A DNA stretch of 57,564 nt, filler included, from Trypethelium eluteriae (lineage: Eukaryota), in assembly GCA_051942245.1 (NCBI GenBank). It is 2 parts of 2 records of this genome, joined end to end, with 100 filler letters (N's around TTAATTAATTAA, not from the genome) between each part and the next. Parts side by side here need not be neighbours in the genome. Positions count along the whole stretch, not along the records: positions 28,849 to 57,564 come from JAVECL010000303.1; 1 more part is not named here. One strand, given 5' to 3'. Position 1 is the first letter of the stretch. Every line of letters begins with the position of its first letter. Made by a program: the position numbers and the translations under genes. Below, piece after piece: positions 50,001 through 57,564 of this stretch. Below the pieces are notes generated by a model. It saw only the letters and a list, made by a program, of their open reading frames with translations, was not told the DNA's origin and searched no databases.

Positions 50001-51797
50001 ATGGAGAGCTAGATCGACGTATAGCATTCCATCTGCTCTTTCGGTCACTTTCGCCCTGATGATCTGCTTGATGCGTTTGGGAAACCTCCTAATCCCAGGA
50101 AGATTATTACATCTTTCGGAGGCAAGAGCTGACATATCTCTCTTTAGATTTGAGCGGCTCATCTCAATCTCCGTTGGGTGCAGGGTGTCAAGGGCGGCTA
50201 CTCCTGGGCGAGATGTTAAGAGCACTCTGATTTTTAACTTATCCTTCACAATGCTGCTTAAGAGCTGCATGAGCTTCCCGAGCTCCTGTTCTGGGAGTTC
50301 ATCGAGACCGTCAAGGATGAAAAACACCGAATCCTCTGCCTGCGGGCCGAACCTCTTTCTGAAAAGCTCATCCCACAACACTTCGATGTCTTCCGGAATT
50401 CCGTAAAGTTTATGGCCGTCCGTAAGCTGCGAGGCAATATGCTCGCAATATGCATTATCTTTCTGGGCGAGCTGAAGAACTAGAGAAATCAGGCAGTTTT
50501 TGATCGATTTTAAACTCTTCCCAGTTTCCTGAAAGTGAAAGCGCGCTGGGAAAGACCTACCGAACCGCGCTCGGTTCGCAGCATCAAGCCTACTGTATAC
50601 GAATTGCGACAGCGTCGACTTGCCGACGCCCGGGGGACCCCAAAGGAGTAGCACAGAACTGTCGCTCCGACATAGGGACCAGGTTGTATAGGCATCATGC
50701 TGGAAGAACCAGAAGTAATTCGTACCAACGTAGCTTCTTCCGAATTTACGAACGAGCTGCATAGGGTTCTTCGTATAGCCTGTAATATTCGCTGAGCACC
50801 ATGCCTTGACCTGGTTGAAAGCAGCTGGCTTTCGCACTGCAGGATCCTTTACCTGAGCTTGCGTTTGCTTACTGGCTTGGTTTGAGATACCAGGAATCTT
50901 CTTCTGTGGAAATCTGTCCTCTAGCATTCTCTCTAGCCTCTGTTGGCTCTCTTTTTGGGTTTGAAAGGAGTCTTGTATGATGTCCCGAAATGATATTTGC
51001 CGCCTTAGTATCAAGTCTGACTTGTCATTCAATTCGTCCATGCGGATAGTCAACTGCATTTCCATGCGGTCGACTTGATCCCGATTAGCTGCCAAGAAGT
51101 CCTTGATGTCTTGGGTGTTCCGAAGCGCCATTGTTGAAGTGGCAGATGTGAGCTTGATCAGCGCTTTTTTCACGTTGACGTATGCTTCCCCAAGCTCGTC
51201 ATCATCACCAAAGATAGATGACAAATATTTCAGGACCCGACCCTGCTTCATGTATTTTGTGTGAACGGCGAAGACGACCAAGAGGGAATCCATGATATCG
51301 GTCATGTGCTGAGTGAAGCTAACATTGTCTGGCACTCGATCCTCCAGAATCTTTACTGTTTTTAGGAAGTCGCCCATTTCCACGAACAGTTGCTCCACTT
51401 TGTCATAATCGGCAGACACTTTCTGGGCTGTTTGAATAGCAAATGTAGCAACAGTCCAAATCGGGCTTGCCGCAGGGAACGATGTTGACACGGCTTTCGC
51501 AACTTGGTCTCCGATGAATTGAGCAATACCTAGGTTTTTGCGAACGGATGCCCTCAGATCATCACCTTTCGAGCCACTGTGTCTTTTGTGCAAGAACCGT
51601 TTTGCGTCATCCTGGACTGCTTTTTCCACATCTTCAAGGCTCATCACCATGTTGCTCCAGTCTTGCGCAATCTTTTTCAAGCCTTTTTCGTCACTTATGT
51701 GATTGTTGTACTGTTCAATGGCATTTCGCCAGAGGTTCGCCAGGTCTGTCGGAGGCCTCCGAGTAGCCACCGTAACGCCATTACTCTGCTTTAGCAT
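47025..51797 (-). CDS. Fungal NLR-like STAND protein: Goodbye-like N-terminus, NACHT, TPR-like repeats, ZZ-type zinc finger
   Basis: Single ~1590-codon ORF from ATG 51797. N-terminal LWRNAIEQY...SLEDV...F...RH (Goodbye-like), Walker A GPPGVGKS, Walker B FFILDGLDE, VLLTSRP, helical repeats, and CEGC...YLCAVCASCDLCQACY...C..NH. Confidence 0.88.
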   Translation of the reverse strand: MLKQSNGVTVATRRPPTDLANLWRNAIEQYNNHISDEKGLKKIAQDWSNMVMSLEDVEKAVQDDAKRFLHKRHSGSKGDDLRASVRKNLGIAQFIGDQVAKAVSTSFPAASPIWTVATFAIQTAQKVSADYDKVEQLFVEMGDFLKTVKILEDRVPDNVSFTQHMTDIMDSLLVVFAVHTKYMKQGRVLKYLSSIFGDDDELGEAYVNVKKALIKLTSATSTMALRNTQDIKDFLAANRDQVDRMEMQLTIRMDELNDKSDLILRRQISFRDIIQDSFQTQKESQQRLERMLEDRFPQKKIPGISNQASKQTQAQVKDPAVRKPAAFNQVKAWCSANITGYTKNPMQLVRKFGRSYVGTNYFWFFQHDAYTTWSLCRSDSSVLLLWGPPGVGKSTLSQFVYSRLDAANRARFGRSFPARFHFQETGKSLKSIKNCLISLVLQLAQKDNAYCEHIASQLTDGHKLYGIPEDIEVLWDELFRKRFGPQAEDSVFFILDGLDELPEQELGKLMQLLSSIVKDKLKIRVLLTSRPGVAALDTLHPTEIEMSRSNLKRDMSALASERCNNLPGIRRFPKRIKQIIRAKVTERADGMLYVDLALHYLDSTGREGLARKAVDKLPSNLSDLFKHIIREIYHTRSSKAQQAIRTLYTWLIYAKRPITIAEANQVIFLSTSESIFRIEDEVQGQSSRLLDLVQNDDEDSDDGEADAPLNDDDSIDENHEDDYDDVSGSLYFQEKAFRDFLKEQESQTDGLAEHQTAAHLTILDTSISVLCSPVKTEVNLETGDGDKTDSREKNHLLEYASCYWDWHFLQITVNDATEEQIRRVVSLLSQIFQNNNNALGKIEESDRIFELSDTHTRCPAMTKSAFERIPAWLERAERIVSTLEPNVAEWLRSFQSDSKTGLQDLLRCHGRNWYEAVSQSRAYKAFRMAVPTLHLLENAGEEISNDDSLSPERIRDVVNTFDRTDDDYRFHRALATVYSREHHPQLALEECENALKFDLPNEDRFRMLSLGADCGLRSFEVTLEGDRIEGLKQAYSYIVEAFAMLDSLFTKPYSYYDRNFLFDCWYTRAQIEAKLDLYEEAIKSYDESANLLPWTRPFFLEDVFDILEKQKDYKGIITRLGETKAEHQRIFLARKLDDGNQLVQKAAKEVGDEGISTLLRLYSQAIEYYDHSERSGSIRLRLAFLYRRVIGDSPAAKAVLIRLLNSDACKNIWGDGDDMFALVTARFYYAEILYEDFVSSHDPSHKAALLAELKELPEKQLGKSLALDFERSSNTTIMLARMLLKLGPAQEYYDVMQSTFDICYKGLTDTISSNDEASLRLFARLLALAGLQRDAQIAYSAQFYNLDSEGDSKDLSETQDNRREDLQKNDSGGPPLTNGEPTTSGEACCSSSTAQPTPEPKSHVSDTDASNEPSTPKSASDFTNGVPSDTSSNVATPSKKTNSPNSQPNSQPTPDGDLNNSTYFCEGCSKGFSNWSTPHYLCAVCASCDLCQACYEKRQARNDGGPNDSWKEYCGVNHAYIRGPVEGWKGIKGGVMRIERVEPIGKNTEGERAENTEDGETELEGMEFREWLKELKEERWAEMWKNWWTG

Positions 51798-53277
51798 GTC
51801 AAGAACGCAACCTGTAGGGAGACAAGAGCGTGATATATTGAATGAAGCACCTCTCAAGAATAGTTGGGAAATTAAACCATAAGATCAGAATTTCCAGCAG
51901 CGGGAAAATGCGAAAAAAAGAAATCGCTCCAAACGAGAAGTTAACGCATACAACTGGACTACGGCCGATCTCGTGGAACGAATGCCAAAAAAAAACAGGT
52001 GTACCAATATGTGACTTTTACAGATAATTGCTGCTATTATTTGTTGGCCGTATCTTCCTCTCGTGATTCACGACGACATAATCGTACTTATTTTAGGCAA
52101 GGAAACATATGCTTGGTAAGGCAAATCCTTTGATATCTTCCTAACGATCTACAAAGGATCGTATCAGGCTTCCAATTAAATGGATCAAATAGGTTGTATA
52201 TAAAGGGGTGATGTTGTAACATTGTGAGGATGAAATTGTAGCCCATACCTCGTCGACTTCTAGACGATACAGCGGTTAGGCCACCCAAGTCTCCGGAATG
52301 CAATTACTCCGATCCGACCACATGACTAAACCTAGAGCCTCAACACCAACACCTGCTTGTCGACTTCGCTACCAGTGTTTTCGACATGTGTTTCGTATAG
52401 GAGTTGTCCGAAGATCAACGATTCTAGTTGGAAATGATGGTGGCGATGGATTATACTTTGAGACTTGTGCCATCAACATAAGCCAGCCTGGCTCATTTTC
52501 GGATATAGAGACAACTTTTTCCTACCTTAGGTAGGTATATCCTGGTTTGGGCTCCAACGGAGCGCTCCTCATTTCACCATACTGGACTGGCTTCGGTTGC
52601 CAACCCCATGGCATCGCTTTCGACTGCCTCTCCCGTGTTTCTGCTCAATGAAATACCACGGACGTGAACACCGTTGGTTGCCTGAGCTATTAGAATTCGA
52701 GCAAAGTGCTAGGACAGGTACTCTGTAATCGTGACACTGGGTCAGGAGTGCACCGGGGAAACCTGAGAGGCTATCTCTAGTATACTGGGGATTGCGATTA
52801 AGGTGCCTGATTGAGAAGAGAGATACCCCAAATAGTCTCCTCAATATCCAAAGAGGTACCACAAAAAATTGGAGGAGAGAGGTGTAGATGTTATGGAAAT
52901 TGCGCATTGCAAACCCATGTTTTTGAATCAGTGATGTCCAAGATGCAGAGGCGCCCAGTCGATCATCATTACTGCTCCTAATTTTTCCGCAATGTCAAGG
53001 GAAAGAGAAGTGAATGTATTCACATAATGAATCTGTGGTATCCTGTACTAAGCGGCCCCACAATTCTAACCTGAAGTCACAGTCTGGCGCCATCCTCCAA
53101 ATGCTTTTCCGCACAGAGGAATATCTCAGACGCCTTACTTCACTGTATGCATGACGCATTACCGGAGAGATAATGAAACATCGTATCTCCGTCAAAGTCC
53201 CATACAGAACGCTTGAAAAACTCCGTACGTGCCCAATATATTCCTCGACTAAATCCATGAAATGAAGAACAAGTGAG

Positions 53278-55014
53278 CTATTCTTCAGGTACAACGATAT
53301 ATCGATCGTACGCATTAGTGCTACGACATGTTGTCAGCCCAGATCAATCTCACATGTCCGAAAACTATTCGTGGGAAAGACTTACATGTACGTTTCATAA
53401 GGAACGCCGCGGAAGCGCCTTGTAACCTTCATCTCCCCCGTCTGTGAGTCTTCTTGCCAATCGTCAGCATACAGGGACGGCTCGAAGCTGATTTCCCTCC
53501 ACGCGCGGAAGAGTTTTCGCCAGTAGCACGCTTGCGCGGCCGGTGTCAAATATTTGTCCCGAAACTGTCGAGCAGAATTGTCGGCTATTTTCTTGGCAAG
53601 CTGAGGATTACCCAACAACATTTCCATCTTCTCCGGCAAATCCTCGAAGTCATCTCGAACGAAGACGACATTCTGGTCTTCTCCGTTTCCAATCATCAGG
53701 TGTTCATAGTTTTCCATCCAGAGACGTTTGTGCATGACCACCACCGAGTCGCAGTTCAAGAGGTATTTGCCTCGTCCGGAGTAACTATTACCCTCGGTTT
53801 GAATGAGATATTGGTACTGGCAGTGATCTGCCATCCTGATGACATCGTTCATCTCAGATCCCCAAATAATTTCTCTCACGTCGGCCCACGGCTTGTCACG
53901 TGTAACATTCAGCAAGTCTTCTCTGATCTTGTTGAGCTTTGCTCCACGCCACAGTGCCGCTGCTCTCTTTGTCTCAAAAGGCTTTACTTTGTCTGCCATC
54001 TCTTGCCGCACTTGCTCGTATGAGCCCAAGACTTCCATATCCCAGCTCCAGTATCCAAAATCAGGCATCATCCATTGATACTCCTCTTCTGCTCGACGAG
54101 TCATTACCCAAAGGGGCTTCTTGAACTCTTCTTCGTCTGCAATGTCCTCGACGGATAAGGAAAACTCGATATTGGGAATAGGTCCGTGATATGCGGATAT
54201 GGCTCGGTGAATGGAGCCAAGCATGGCAATAGCTCGCCGAATATCGTAGCGGATAGCACCACCAGGATGACCATGGATTTCGATACACTTTGTCTCAACA
54301 ATGAAGAGCTGTAGGCCGTCAGCACCAGATCTTCTTCACGTAGCATGACAGCGAACACAACTCGATGGATCAATAAACGACGTATTCGCAATTAAAATTG
54401 GAGAATTGTGATAGACGTGTCTGCCTTTCTTGACCTACCTGACGTTGATATATCATGGCTCGTAGAACACCAAAATCTTTCCATCCAAGGTCTAAATCCC
54501 CCTCAGTAATGTTTCCATGGGTTTCTTGTCTCCATTGCTGTGCCCGATAGATCTCATAGTACATGTCAGGAAACGCAGACTCGCACTGTTCATCCTCGAG
54601 CCCATAGTTCGCGGAGTCTCGAGCCGGATCGAATTTCCAAGTCTTTTGCTCAAGCAGACCTTCCCGGTGGCACATCTCCTCGATCTGAGCCAGGGACAGA
54701 CTTGATGTCTGAGAAGCAGCCGCCGATGAAGACGTTGCGGATGTCGTTTCGGAAGGCTTAGCCCATGGCTCCTCACCTGGGTTCAATTGAGACGGAGGTT
54801 CTGAAGCGGCGTTTTCTGTATTAGATGATTTTGAATTGCCGCCCCTCGAGCCCCCCTTTGCCGGCGTGGAATGGTCAGAATCGTGTTCAAAGATCGGTTG
54901 TCTTATTTCTGTGACACTTTGGTGGTATAGCAGAGCGACGGAGATGAGGAGTATCAAAGCAATTGAGGTTACGCCTAGTAAAGTCGAACGACGGGAGTAA
55001 TACGAGCCAATCAT
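53278..55014 (-). CDS. Glycosyltransferase family 90 (CAP10/Rumi-like), type II membrane protein
   Basis: Exons 55014-54439, 54308-53386, 53320-53278. N-terminal TM helix and Ser-rich stem, CESAFP, PNIEF, WMMPDFGYWSW, LWRG, DHCQYQYLIQTEGNSYSGRGKYLLNC, YLTPAAQACYWR. Confidence 0.9.
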
Positions 55015-57564
55015 GGTGATTGAAACCAAGAAGTAATCAAGACAAAAATGAGCGGCAGAGCAATGTCCTGCTCAGAAGGAATTAGCCGTATTGTGGCGGA
55101 TCTGCTGCAAAGCTCAATGGCAATTCAAGATATCCCAGTACTCCAACTGATTTAATATATCTTATGAAGCCTCAATACCGCTTGTTCCATTTATTGTGCG
55201 ACTTCTAGAGGTAGAGATGCGTTGCGAAGCGAGAGAGGTTAGGCTTTCGCGTCAGCGGCGAGGACAATGCACTTATCGCCCCATGTGCTTCGCTTCGTCC
55301 CGGTCAGACCAGATAATTCGATAATGGCCGAGCTCTTTCACAATATACGGAGCCAGAGAAATGCGCATGAGCGGGGGCTCCAATACTCGATGGAAGCTTC
55401 CGAGGAAACAAGACTGTAGAGATTAGACCAATTCTCTTTTTATAACAAAACCGGGTATTCACTCACAACTCCGAAGTAGATGTGTAACTTCCAAGGATAG
55501 AATAGCTCCGTGTAACTGTTGGGAGGGAAGATTCGTACTTGTGTTGCCAGATCGCTGTAGAACAAGCCGGAGGACTTCAGGGACAGGTATTCCGTACAGA
55601 GCAGAAGATTTGGTAAAACCTTAGGTTCGAATACCAGTGGCTGAGAAGAGGAGTCGTGATACGTAGGAGGAGAGATACTTGCTCATGAAAGATCAACGAG
55701 CCAGATAGCCGATAATTGCGCCTGGGTAAAAACCCTCCTATCTTCCAAGTGGTTGTCATCCGCTTCCACCACGAGCTGACTGCGGCACCGCGCCGGTACT
55801 CCGTACTCGGTGCACATTGAGGTTCTGGGCCAGGATGCTGCCCCTTCAGGGTCTCACCCGGCTGTCATCTTAGGAGGCTAGCCTGCATCCTCCCAGCCCG
55901 AGCAGGGGTAAGATCGTCCATCTTCTGACGCCTCGGCCGCCACCCTAAGAGAAGGGGGAAGCGAGCGTCACAATAACTTGGTTAGGTATGTGCATCATAC
56001 CTCTGCAGATGAGGTTGGAAGCGGCAAAGTCGAACATCCGTATCCGTACTTTCTCCAGTTACACCAGGTCTCTTCCGTGCAATACACGACGATTTGTTTC
56101 TGGAGTGAAAGGCGAAGTGTAACGTACCAGCGGCTCGCGGACACCTGTGACAGTCGGTTATGAGCGACACATACGTGCTCCGTGCTCTACCTTAGTCTTT
56201 TGCGGAAATGACACGCGTACGATACGCACCTAGACGTCAAGAACGCCAAGAAATCCAATCCATACGGCAGAGAAACTTGTGTAATGAAATAGCAGCCATT
56301 GGTTGGGTGATACTCGAATTCCTTGGCGACATTTCAGATAAAAAGCTGGACGCGAAATCGATACTTGGAGGGCTACTGCCAACCTACGTGCGTGGTAGAC
56401 CACTTTACTACAGCTCGCATGATGAGGATGCATACGTCCCGTTCCGTTTCATTTAATAGCATGAATTCCACCTCGTCCAGAATGACAGGCACACACACGT
56501 AACATTCCGTCCGGAATTCTCCGCACATTATCGTCGGCTACGTGTACCTACCCAAGATATCTATTCTCAAAGCATAAAGGGGTGACAGGATTGAATCCAC
56601 AGACGCTCTTGCGGCTGTGTCCAATGTAAGCCGTAATTATATATCTCGTGACAAGGGTTGCTATGATTCATGTAGCGCTTCTAATGAGAATACTAACACT
56701 TTTCATGGCCTGCAATCTATTAAGCTTCGCGAGCAGATGTAGCAATCGGACCATGGTCACAAGCAAGATCAAGTGGTCGGAAGTCCCTCTACTTCAACTG
56801 AACTTGAGTTCCTCTTTTGGAAAAATCTAGATGATTTTCAGTGTCTTATAGTGCCTAGAAAGCTAAAGGTAGGCCTACGAGTTGATGCATTTCCAAAGCA
56901 GTCATACCTTCTCGTTCTTTCACTCGTGAACTCCACCGAGGAACATCGGATTTTGACCACCTTTATTGGGGTCAAATACCTGGGAGCGAAGTGAGAGAAA
57001 TTCAAGGTGGAGCAATAGGCGTAACAAATTCTTGACGGTTGAACGCGCAACAGCCAACGCGTACGTGGACTGTCCTACGCAACCTACAACGCGTCTAAAC
57101 AATAATATATGGATGGTGAATTGACGGTGTCTAGGTACAGAGGACACACTACCTGCGGTGGCTCTATGCTATTAGAGACATGTTTTCATTGCTCAATAGT
57201 GCCATCACAACTTAAGCAACTCATATTCTTCGTCAATGTCGGAGACTTGGCGGAACTCCTGGGTTATCTCTTCAAACACATCTCAACGAGGCGAACTACG
57301 ACAGCAAGTTGCCAGATGCCCGCTTCCTTGGTCAATCTGCCCTAGAAACACTATACCCAGGTATGCACTCATAGTGGATGCGGCCGTGGCATTCCGATCC
57401 GACAAAATAAAGTGACGTGTCATAATGAAATTCGGCAATTAGAGTCGGATTTACCTAGGCATGATGTTCCCAGGTATTACTATATCTTCGGAGCAGTAGG
57501 TATGGATACAATGACTGAATAGCAAGTCATTACAGCAAAATTGCGTCTCCGCGATCCCTATTCT

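Noticed and set aside
37636..51797. Amyloid signalling motif (HET-s PFD, PP or sigma type) shared by the NLR N-terminus and the HeLo protein C-terminus
   Set aside because: No N/Q/G-rich pseudo-repeat visible at either terminus.
55100..57564. Short ORFs, a protein-like fragment (DVFEEITQEFRQVSDIDEEYELLKL, - strand ~57210-57285) and two ACGCGT sites near 57060-57095
   Set aside because: No extendable frame, splice model or recognisable family, and no associated gene visible inside the window.

Overview
Eukaryotic, intron-containing DNA from a filamentous ascomycete (Pezizomycotina; Dothideomycete-like is my inference), with short GT..CTRAY..YAG introns throughout. An artificial 100-nt spacer (N44-TTAATTAATTAA-N44, 28749-28848) splits the window. 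The left half is housekeeping: TAO3/PAG1 (runs off the left edge), NADPH-cytochrome P450 reductase, a Spo5-like two-RRM protein, MCM6, and adjacent PP2A and PP4 catalytic subunit genes (PP4 cut by the gap). The right half is more accessory-like: the 3' end of an FHIP/RAI16-like gene, a 2-TM hypothetical gene with an in-frame TAA, UDP-galactopyranose mutase, an ART/DUF3990-like ORF with one nonsense codon interleaved with four Tc1/mariner TIR-like repeats, a HeLo + pseudokinase (MLKL-like) gene, a Zn2Cys6 regulator divergent from a secreted fluoroacetate-dehalogenase-like hydrolase, a Goodbye-NACHT-TPR-ZZ NLR, and a GT90/CAP10 glycosyltransferase. Gene models were spliced by eye and family calls rest on remembered motifs; no database search was run.
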